The notes under the pieces are model-generated. The model worked only from the letters and a program-made list of their open reading frames with translations. It was not told the DNA's origin and made no database searches. The translations under genes were made by a program, and so were the position numbers. From an uncultured Alphaproteobacteria bacterium (GTDB taxonomy: Bacteria > Pseudomonadota > Alphaproteobacteria > Rs-D84), in the NCBI GenBank assembly GCA_947053455.1, contig CAMRSV010000009.1, forward strand, positions 1 to 33,469: a stretch of 33,469 bases of DNA. The letters run 5' to 3'. Of this stretch, positions 20,306 to 26,927 are shown piece by piece (position 1 is the first letter of the stretch; each line of letters starts with the position of its first letter).

Positions 20306-21250
20306 ATGAAATATACAGATTTTGGTTTGGTTAATACAAAAAACATGTTTTCAGACGCAATTTCACGCGGATATGCCGTCGGTGCGTTTAATTTCTATAA
20401 TATGGAAACGCTAACAGCAATTATGCGTGCGGCTCGCGATACACACAGTCCGATAATACTTGCAGTATCGGAATCAGCCATGAAATACATGGGCGACGAC
20501 ATGCTTATGGGAATGATAGGAGGTCTGAAACTAAACACAGTTGACGGTGTGGCGTTACATCTAGATCATGGTAGCTCTTTTGAGGCATGCGCACATGCAA
20601 TTGAACTTGGGTTTTCATCCGTCATGATAGACGGCAGCAAACTGCCATTTGACGAAAACGTAAAAATATCGCGCCGTGTTGCGGAATTGGCACACGCAAA
20701 CGACGTTACGGTAGAGGCGGAACTTGGCACACTTGCCGGGATAGAAGATGAAAACACATTCGGGACAGAATCTAGCTACACCAACCCGCACGATGTGATT
20801 GAATTCGTAAAACAGACCGGAATTGATTCACTGGCGATTGCAATCGGAACCAGTCATGGTGCCTACAAACGTAAATCAGACACCGAAGAACTGCGTTTTG
20901 ATATACTGGCCGATATTGCGGCCGAATTACCGGGATATCCACTGGTGCTGCACGGGGCATCGAATATTCCGCAAAATTATGTCAATGAAATCAACGAATT
21001 TGGCGGCGAAATTTCTGGCGCACGCGGAATACCTGCCCCACAACTGCGCCGCGCGGTTGAAATGAACATATGCAAAATAAACGTGGACAGTGACTCACGA
21101 TTGGCATTTACTGCGGGCGTGCGCGGCAATCTCGCGGCAAAACCCAATGGATTTAATCCGCGCGACTATCTGGGCGCAGGCCGGCAAAATGTTTATGAGA
21201 ACTGTATGAACGAAATCCGCAGTATTATGAATTCAGAAAACAAACTGTAA
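20306..21250 (+). CDS. fba: Class II fructose-1,6-bisphosphate aldolase
   Basis: YAVGAFN, LHLDHG, SSVMIDGS, VEAELG, AIGTSHG, LVLHGAS, KINVDSD. Confidence 0.95.
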   Translation: MKYTDFGLVNTKNMFSDAISRGYAVGAFNFYNMETLTAIMRAARDTHSPIILAVSESAMKYMGDDMLMGMIGGLKLNTVDGVALHLDHGSSFEACAHAIELGFSSVMIDGSKLPFDENVKISRRVAELAHANDVTVEAELGTLAGIEDENTFGTESSYTNPHDVIEFVKQTGIDSLAIAIGTSHGAYKRKSDTEELRFDILADIAAELPGYPLVLHGASNIPQNYVNEINEFGGEISGARGIPAPQLRRAVEMNICKINVDSDSRLAFTAGVRGNLAAKPNGFNPRDYLGAGRQNVYENCMNEIRSIMNSENKL

Positions 21251-21269
21251 TCAAAAAAATAAAATATTT

Positions 21270-21297
21270 CCCCGCAAATGCGGGGTATTATTTTTTT
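21270..21297 (+). terminator. Terminator after fba
   Basis: CCCCGC-AAAT-GCGGGG followed by a T-rich tail. Confidence 0.7.
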
Positions 21298-21298
21298 A

Positions 21299-21326
21299 TT
21301 GACAAATTAATAAAGCAGTCTATACT
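21299..21326 (+). promoter_or_regulatory. sigma70 promoter
   Basis: TTGACA-16 nt-TATACT. Confidence 0.6.
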
Positions 21327-21354
21327 ATATATCGTAATAAAAAAGGAATTATTT

Positions 21355-21906
21355 ATGACAGAAAAAAACCAGCCATTTAAAATCCCGGCATCTGTACCAG
21401 CAACCGTAAAAGAATGGTTTTCGGAAGAAAAGTATATTGAACTGCAAGCGTTTAAATTTACCAATGCTCTATGGTGCAATAATGATATGAATGTAATATG
21501 GCCAAGGGTTTTTAATCGTATGGATTTTGCCTCGGATGAAATAGAAATCAAACTTCTTTCCCGTCTCGCAAAAAAAGCGATGGATAAGAAATTTAAAGAA
21601 ATTTTTCAACCTTACGAAGTTATCGGCACCGTGGGGACAATAGTAAATAATTATTTTTCGAATGATTCAAAGATAATAAAAATACCGCAATATGCTGAAA
21701 ATGGGACAACATTTGCAGGAACAATTGTTTTACGCAACTTGGAAACCAGACTTATTCAGCCACTTTCAGATACATGGCTGCAAGGTCGCTCCTACGACAC
21801 CCCCAGAAAGGCTTTGATTTTTGGTATAAAGGATTTCGCAGACCAAGTGGCGGTAAATAAAAATTATCAAAACTTGCTTATTAAAAGCCTGAATCTGACT
21901 AAATAA
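21355..21906 (+). CDS. Hypothetical protein of a lineage-specific paralogous family
   Basis: RBS AAAGGA; GTTFAGTIVLRNLET...TWL resembles 7519-8145. Confidence 0.75.
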   Translation: MTEKNQPFKIPASVPATVKEWFSEEKYIELQAFKFTNALWCNNDMNVIWPRVFNRMDFASDEIEIKLLSRLAKKAMDKKFKEIFQPYEVIGTVGTIVNNYFSNDSKIIKIPQYAENGTTFAGTIVLRNLETRLIQPLSDTWLQGRSYDTPRKALIFGIKDFADQVAVNKNYQNLLIKSLNLTK

Positions 21907-21915
21907 TATAGCTAT

Positions 21916-21945
21916 AAAAACACCGCCCGGTTGAGCGGTGTTTTT
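21916..21945. terminator. Bidirectional intrinsic terminator
   Basis: AAAAACACCGC...GCGGTGTTTTT. Confidence 0.8.
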
Positions 21946-22294
21946 ATTTTGTGATTAGCCGGTGCGATATTCTTAACAGAATATTTTTATCATCATCGGT
22001 CATGCAACACAACAGACCAATCATTTCACGTGTTTTTTTATCGTATATTTCCGATGTTTTTTCAACCTCTCCTAACAATGCGACAATGGAAATTCCCATC
22101 GCCTTTGCAATATAATACAGCCGCGATGCGGATATGCGATTAGATGCCGCTTCATACTTTTGCACCTGTTGAAATGTGACACCCAGATTTTGTGCCAACT
22201 CCTTTTGCGACATACCCAATTTTCGCCGCCAATTAACAATCATTTGCCCGATTAAAATATCAACCGAATCCGGTTTGAATGGTCGCCCCGACAT
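21944..22294 (-). CDS. XRE-family HTH transcriptional regulator
   Basis: D..IG..I...R...GMSQKELA..LGVTFQQVQKYE...NRISASRL; start moved to MSGRP (GGGGG RBS). Confidence 0.9.
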   Translation of the reverse strand: MSGRPFKPDSVDILIGQMIVNWRRKLGMSQKELAQNLGVTFQQVQKYEAASNRISASRLYYIAKAMGISIVALLGEVEKTSEIYDKKTREMIGLLCCMTDDDKNILLRISHRLITK

Positions 22295-22427
22295 GTCCGC
22301 CCCCACAAATTGGTGATGGCATTGCACGCGCCCACAAAGGAGGGTTAAGAACGCAACCACCACCACACATTAAACGAAATTTGCAGGCGCCGCCCATATA
22401 TCATGAGCACCATATGGCCGACCCCGC

Positions 22428-22618
22428 AAAAAATGAACCACCGGAAATAAATCAAGTGGTTGGAGGTTCACAACAATACTCAAACTTATTGCCCGCTTAT
22501 TCATATATATCGCGGCCCCCAACCATTGTTTTAGTTGGAGCATTTAACGCCTGCACAGGGCGATTTGAGCTTGAGGTTGTGATGCCTCGTTATTTGCAAC
22601 GGATAAATATGCCGCTTT
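22428..22618 (-). ncRNA. Novel structured RNA / attenuator-like element, copy A
   Basis: 5' hairpin; P1 (UCACAAC..CUCAAA/UUUGAG..GUUGUGA); P2 CGCC/GGCG; P3 CCAAC/GUUGG; P4 CCGC/GCGG with loop GAUAUAUAUGAAUAA; terminator AACCAC/GUGGUU + U-run. Confidence 0.7.
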
Positions 22619-22624
22619 TTTTAT

Positions 22625-22653
22625 ATTATATAAAGAATTTATTACAATTTCCA
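22625..22653 (-). promoter_or_regulatory. Promoter of RNA copy A
   Basis: TGGAAA-17 nt-TATAAT. Confidence 0.5.
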
Positions 22654-22676
22654 TGAAATTATATAATCCAATATAT

Positions 22677-22854
22677 AAAAACCGCCATATTGTAGGCGGG
22701 ATTGGAGCTAGTAAAAGCGTTACGGTAAGCTTGAGCCTTATTCGACATATTCGGCTCCATCCAATCCCTAATAGAGATTGGCACAGGTACGCCCTTGTGC
22801 AGGCGACCGTAACGAAAGAGTTTACTAGACTCCGCAACAGGTTTCCCGTTACAG
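22677..22854 (-). ncRNA. Novel structured RNA / attenuator-like element, copy B
   Basis: P1 CUAGUAAA..CGUUACGGU/ACCGUAACG..UUUACUAG; P2 CGCC/GGCG; P3 CCAAUC/GAUUGG; P4 GAGCC/GGCUC with loop GAAUAUGUCGAAUAA; terminator CCGCC/GGCGG + UUUUU. Confidence 0.72.
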
Positions 22855-22859
22855 TTATA

Positions 22860-22888
22860 AGTGTATTCTATTTCAGAATAATTTGCAA
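22860..22888 (-). promoter_or_regulatory. Promoter of RNA copy B
   Basis: TTGCAA-17 nt-TACACT. Confidence 0.6.
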
Positions 22889-22902
22889 ATTATTTCTTGC
22901 AT

Positions 22903-23083
22903 AAAGTCATAACAAAAATGGCTGGGAGTTCAAAACAATACAAAAGTAAATTGCCCGCTTATTCATATATATCGCGGCCCCCAGCCATAAAAGACTGGAT
23001 TTCACGCCCGAACGCGGGCAACTTTGGTTTTTATTGAGGTTATCAAGCCCCATTTTATTTGCGACGGATTTAACCGACCATGT
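22903..23083 (-). ncRNA. Novel structured RNA / attenuator-like element, copy C
   Basis: 34-nt block identical to copy A (22950-22983 = 22488-22521); P2 GCCC/GGGC; P3 CCAGUC/GGCUGG; weak terminator. Confidence 0.68.
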
Positions 23084-23089
23084 GTCCCC

Positions 23090-23117
23090 ATTATATCAGC
23101 GCGCCGCAAAATTTCCA
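23090..23117 (-). promoter_or_regulatory. Promoter of RNA copy C
   Basis: TGGAAA-16 nt-TATAAT with extended -10 TG. Confidence 0.5.
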
Positions 23118-23142
23118 TAAAAATCCGCCGCGCCACCAATAT

Positions 23143-23316
23143 AAAAAACCTATCATAAGAACAGATAGGTTGGAGGTGATATCTTGCAGGTTTATTTGCT
23201 CGGCGACCTATTCAATATATTCAGTCGCCCTCCAACCTCTCGGTTGGATTTTTACGTCTAAAACGACGATAAACCCGCGGAGACATCACTTCCGCACGAC
23301 GGAACACCCGTCACGG
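23143..23316 (-). ncRNA. Novel structured RNA / attenuator-like element, copy D
   Basis: P1 GGAAGUGAUGUCU..GCGGGUUUAU/AUAAACCUGC..AGAUAUCACCUCC; P2 CGUC/GACG; P3 UCCAACC-GAGA-GGUUGGA; P4 GGCGAC/GUCGCC with loop GAAUAUAUUGAAUA; terminator AACCUAUC/GAUAGGUU + U-run. Confidence 0.72.
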
Positions 23317-23321
23317 TTGAA

Positions 23322-23350
23322 ATTATACCTAAAAAATATACCAATTGCAA
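23322..23350 (-). promoter_or_regulatory. Promoter of RNA copy D
   Basis: TTGCAA-17 nt-TATAAT. Confidence 0.65.
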
Positions 23351-23418
23351 ATATTTTATTATGGAAATTAAAACGGGTTGCAATGCACCCCGTAAAAATG
23401 AATTAGATGCAACTTGGC

Positions 23419-23523
23419 AAAAATTATTAGAATGATGTAGATGCGGGCGAAAAATTTGCGTAGTGTATTAGACATACATGAGCAAACTTTTCACCCGCAG
23501 ATATATTATTATTATAATTTTTT
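23419..23523. repeat. ~100-bp imperfect palindrome (short palindromic element-like) after efp
   Basis: Core arms TGCGGGCGAAAAATTTGC (23442-23459) / GCAAACTTTTCACCCGCA (23482-23499), with AT-rich outer arms. Confidence 0.6.
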
Positions 23524-23524
23524 A

Positions 23525-24094
23525 TTATTTCGCGCGTTCAACGTATTCCAGCGTTTCCGTATTCACGACGATTTTCTCGCCTGCCTCTACAAATAACGGA
23601 ACTTGAACGCGAATGCCGTTGTCAAGAATCGCCGGTTTGCCGCCGCTGGATGACGCGGTTTGCCCCTTTAGGGCGGGTTCGGTTTCTTCGACCGTTGCAA
23701 TTACCGTTTTCGGCAATGTGATAGATACCGGGTGCCCTTCGACAAAATTCGCCTTGACCCCCATTTCCGGCGCCAAGAATTTCATCATATCGCCCAGGGA
23801 ATCAACCGGCATTGTGAACTGTTCATAATCCGACAGGTTCATAAAGAACGCATCCGTTCCGTCGGAATACAAATACTGACACTCAAAATCTTCGACCATC
23901 AGTTTTTCAACCTTGTCCTCCGCGCGCCAACGGTCGCCACCCTTGTTACCGGTGTCAATATCACGCAAATCGGCCTGAACAAACGCACCGCCCTTGCCAG
24001 GTTTAACTTTGGTTATTGATGTGACGGAATACCGACGTCCGTTATGGGAAATAACCCAACCGACACGCATGTCATTTGCAATGTATGATGCCAT
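23525..24094 (-). CDS. efp: Elongation factor P
   Basis: KPGKGGAFVQ, QYLY.DG, KPAILDNG...VPLFV. Confidence 0.97.
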   Translation of the reverse strand: MASYIANDMRVGWVISHNGRRYSVTSITKVKPGKGGAFVQADLRDIDTGNKGGDRWRAEDKVEKLMVEDFECQYLYSDGTDAFFMNLSDYEQFTMPVDSLGDMMKFLAPEMGVKANFVEGHPVSITLPKTVIATVEETEPALKGQTASSSGGKPAILDNGIRVQVPLFVEAGEKIVVNTETLEYVERAK

Positions 24095-24154
24095 TGTAAT
24101 ACCTCTTTATTTTACCGTTTTATTATACGCAGCCCCGTCCCCCGCGCAAGTGAT

Positions 24155-24697
24155 TTATTTCGCCTCGCGCTTGTGATTCCAATAACGGTCAATGCTGTCC
24201 ATAATCAACTTATCCGCCGTTTCCCGGTCGGCCCAACCCAAAACTTTGGACCAAGCGTTCGGCTGCAAATCCTTATAGTGCTGAAAAAAGTATTCGATTT
24301 TCGAACGCAAAATTTGCGGCAATTGCTCCAACTGTTCGGTGGTGGTGTAATACGGATCGATTTTATCACGCGGCACGCAGATGATTTTTTCGTCACCGCC
24401 GGCTTGATCTTCCATTAAAAGCGCACCAATCGGGCGAACCTCAATCAAAACACCAGGACGCAGCGGCGCATTACAAACCACAACACAGTCCAGCGGATCG
24501 CCGTCATCGCCCAATGTCCCCGGGAAATAACCATAGTTCGCCGGATATGCCATCGGCGCGTGTAGAATCCGGTCAACCTTTAACATGCCGGTTTCTTTGT
24601 TAATTTCATATTTTACATAGCCGTTTTCCGGAACTTCAATAATAGCATTCATTTTTTTGGGCGGCATTTTGCCCGGTACAATTTCTTCGATTGTCAT
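24155..24697 (-). CDS. ppa: Inorganic pyrophosphatase (family I)
   Basis: KYE, VDR, YPANYG, DGDPLD, MED..G.DEK, FF.HYKDL. Confidence 0.97.
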   Translation of the reverse strand: MTIEEIVPGKMPPKKMNAIIEVPENGYVKYEINKETGMLKVDRILHAPMAYPANYGYFPGTLGDDGDPLDCVVVCNAPLRPGVLIEVRPIGALLMEDQAGGDEKIICVPRDKIDPYYTTTEQLEQLPQILRSKIEYFFQHYKDLQPNAWSKVLGWADRETADKLIMDSIDRYWNHKREAK

Positions 24698-24753
24698 AAA
24701 TATCTATCCTTTGTTTGTGGCGGATATATTATCATAAAAATCAGATATTGCAA

Positions 24754-25359
24754 TCAATTTGAACTGTAATGGCAATTTGAGGTAAATTCATACGTTCCCG
24801 ACTCATCCGACATTTCTGTCCCGGTCGGCAAATAACAATCAGATATCTTGGTGCCATACGCATCGGTTTTCCCACCATCCGGGCATGCCTTGCATGACGC
24901 GTCGCCGGTTGCGGTATCACATTCATCCGCATAGTAAAATGTCCCATACCTTCCGCAACCACATTCATAGGTGTAAACCGATGTACAACTGCCATCAATT
25001 TTCTTTTTTGTACAACTTGTTTTGCGCCGATAATTGATACTAAAAGATCCATAACCCATATTTTCCCATTCTTTATCCCCATCAGTTAAATCACATTTCA
25101 TGGAAGAACATAAGTCCACCTTATAACAAGACGAGCATTCTGTAATACATTTTGATTGCGATGATGCGCTGCAACTATCGCAACATACATAATTACTGAC
25201 ACTATAACAAGAAGCACATTCTGTCGCACATTTTGATTGCGACGGAGCCCAACAACTGTCACAGCACAAATATGTTGTTATTTCAGGTGTCGTCGAAATT
25301 GCCCCCGGCGCTGCCTGTGACAATATCGCCAAGGCAAAAAGTATCAAAATTAAACGCAT
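24754..25359 (-). CDS. Secreted cysteine-rich protein with a duplicated 6-Cys module
   Basis: Signal peptide, ~23 Cys in 201 aa, C-terminal CKACP.GG.T....ISDCY...DESG.YEF...C.Y; RBS GGGGGA. Confidence 0.8.
   Translation of the reverse strand: MRLILILFALAILSQAAPGAISTTPEITTYLCCDSCWAPSQSKCATECASCYSVSNYVCCDSCSASSQSKCITECSSCYKVDLCSSMKCDLTDGDKEWENMGYGSFSINYRRKTSCTKKKIDGSCTSVYTYECGCGRYGTFYYADECDTATGDASCKACPDGGKTDAYGTKISDCYLPTGTEMSDESGTYEFTSNCHYSSN
25117..25272 (-). repeat. Intragenic tandem repeat with a period of 81 bp (27 aa)
   Basis: YLCCDSCWAPSQSKCATECASCYSV vs YVCCDSCSASSQSKCITECSSCYKV. Confidence 0.85.
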
Positions 25360-25384
25360 ACTAAAATCCCCCTTGTTTCATTCA

Positions 25385-25592
25385 AAACAAAAACCACCGA
25401 ATACTTTCAGTGGCCAGGAGGTTGACAACTATCTTGCGAGTAGCACGGTTTATTTGTTATTAGACCGTCCTCCTGACCCTTTGATGAATCAGGAGAATAT
25501 TTATCGTCACAATAAAAACGGCGCAATGCGCCAAGTATATTCCGACGCACAAGAGAGGTTGTCATGCCCCATCACGGCAACCCGCCGTGACA
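25385..25592 (-). ncRNA. Novel structured RNA, copy E: 5' leader/attenuator of the Cys-rich protein gene
   Basis: 5' hairpin UCACGG/CCGUGA; P1 UGACAAC..UCUUG/CAAGA..GUUGUCA; enlarged P2 region; P3 UCCUGAUUC/GGGUCAGGA; P4 ACGGU/ACCGU with loop CUAAUAACAAAUAA; terminator GCCACUGA/UCGGUGGU + U-run just before the RBS. Confidence 0.72.
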
Positions 25593-25597
25593 TTTTT

Positions 25598-25627
25598 ATT
25601 ATAGGAAATTAACATTCACATTGTAAA
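25598..25627 (-). promoter_or_regulatory. Promoter of copy E and the Cys-rich gene
   Basis: TTTACA-18 nt-TATAAT, just downstream of the dnaN terminator. Confidence 0.55.
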
Positions 25628-25636
25628 GGCAAAAAT

Positions 25637-25662
25637 AAAAAACCGCCACATGGGCGGTTTTT
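25637..25662 (-). terminator. dnaN terminator
   Basis: AAAAACCGCC...GGCGGTTTTT. Confidence 0.8.
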
Positions 25663-25676
25663 ATGCACAATACCAA

Positions 25677-26795
25677 TTACATACGCATCGGCATCAATAC
25701 GAACAATGCATCCGTCTTCTTGTCGGTTGATTTGATAATCGTGGGCGACAACGGATCTTGCATTTCCATTTGGAACTTGTCCCCTTCGACCTGGGACGCG
25801 ACATCCATCAGGAATTTTACATTGAAACCGACGGTAAACGAACTGTCACCGTTGTATTCAATGTCCAGTTCCTGGGTTGCAGTGCCAGCATCCGGACTGG
25901 ATGCATTAACAACCAACTTGTTCATGGAATATGTCAATTGAACAGATTTTGTTTTATCAACACTGGCCACAGACACCAAATCAACAGAATTCAGGAATTG
26001 TTTTCTATCTAAAATTGCGATTTTATCATTGCCCTTGGGAATAACCACGCGGTAATTCGGATATTGTGCATCAACTAATTTACTGGTCAATGTGGCAGCA
26101 CCAACTGTAAAACGGGCCTTGGTATCAGACAATTCAACCGTCACATCATCAACAGTTGCATCTTCCAACAACTTTGACAATTCACCAATCACACGGCGTG
26201 GCAAAATCACCGCAGGCATTTCCGCACTGCCTTCGGGCGCAGGCATTGCACACAACGCCATTCGTTGCGCATCGGTTGCAACCGCCGTCAGCATTTTTTC
26301 CTTGCCCTCGTCGGAAATGTGGAAATAAATCCCCCCCAGATGATAACGTACATCATCGGTCGGAATTGCAAATTTTGTCTGATTAATCAAATGCGCCAGG
26401 TCGCCTGTCGTCATTTGGAATTTTGTGGTCAGATTGCTGCCCGCCATGGCCGGGAAATTTTCCGCCGGCAAAGTCGGCAAACGGAACACTGCACGACCAC
26501 TTGATACAACCAACTGATCGCCATTTTGTTTAAATGAAATTTCCGCATCGTCCGGCAATTTGCGCACAATATCATACAGCATTTGAACCGGCACAGTCGT
26601 TTTCCCGCCCAGTGTTATATCTGCCGCGACATGTTCCACCAATTCCAAGTCAACATTTGTCGCAGACAGTATCAAATCGTCCGCAACCTCTATCTTAACG
26701 TTCATCAATATCGGCAATGTCGCGCGTTTTTCAACGATGGACTGCATATGCCCCAGCGCACGTATCAACACCTGACGAAATACTGAAAATTCCAT
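25677..26795 (-). CDS. dnaN: DNA polymerase III beta clamp
   Basis: PIL.NV, ATN.DLE, VATD..R, SKLVD..YPNY.RVIP-like, GFN.KFL.D, VLMPMR. Confidence 0.97.
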   Translation of the reverse strand: MEFSVFRQVLIRALGHMQSIVEKRATLPILMNVKIEVADDLILSATNVDLELVEHVAADITLGGKTTVPVQMLYDIVRKLPDDAEISFKQNGDQLVVSSGRAVFRLPTLPAENFPAMAGSNLTTKFQMTTGDLAHLINQTKFAIPTDDVRYHLGGIYFHISDEGKEKMLTAVATDAQRMALCAMPAPEGSAEMPAVILPRRVIGELSKLLEDATVDDVTVELSDTKARFTVGAATLTSKLVDAQYPNYRVVIPKGNDKIAILDRKQFLNSVDLVSVASVDKTKSVQLTYSMNKLVVNASSPDAGTATQELDIEYNGDSSFTVGFNVKFLMDVASQVEGDKFQMEMQDPLSPTIIKSTDKKTDALFVLMPMRM

Positions 26796-26896
26796 TTGTG
26801 AACTCCTGTATGATTTATTTCAATATTCTTTTGAATGCAGTTTATCAAAAAATGCCGATTCGGCGCAAGCGTAAAAGAGTAACATAATCCCAAAAC

Positions 26897-26926
26897 AAAA
26901 AAGACCGCCAAATGGCGGCCTTTTTT
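26897..26926 (-). terminator. Terminator after the diadenylate cyclase gene
   Basis: GACCGCCA-AA-TGGCGGCC flanked by A and T runs. Confidence 0.7.
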
Positions 26927-26927
26927 C

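Noticed and set aside
859-21285. Identical CCCCGCAAATGCGGGG hairpins at ~860 and 21270 as a REP-like element
   Set aside because: Both directly follow stop codons and have T-rich tails, so ordinary terminators explain them, although both precede members of the orphan paralog family.
23172-23261. Plus-strand GGAGGTGAT + TTG 25-aa ORF (MQVYLLGDLFNIFSRPPTSRLDFYV) as a type I toxin
   Set aside because: The peptide is not a hydrophobic TM helix, and the start and frame are not conserved in the other copies. The SD-like sequence is the complement of the conserved CCUCC switch strand. Not fully excluded.
22428-23316. CRISPR array or type III toxin-antitoxin repeat array
   Set aside because: Only two exact 34-nt repeats 462 bp apart, each unit has its own promoter, and no cas or ToxN/AbiQ-like gene is in the window.
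22279-23406. ORF-track ORFs over the RNA array (22279-22656, 22544-22837, 22653-22904, 23080-23406)
   Set aside because: They have no RBS or family motifs, they cross promoters and terminators, and reading frames are not kept between paralogous copies whereas base pairing is.
25385-25592. Known c-di-AMP (ydaO) riboswitch, suggested by the nearby dacA
   Set aside because: It lacks the ydaO hallmarks (GCUGAAUCC, GGGGUGAAUCC, CCCGUCAGCUAACC) by eye.
25373-25612. 79-aa plus-strand ORF
   Set aside because: It is antisense to the structured leader and has no RBS or recognisable motifs.
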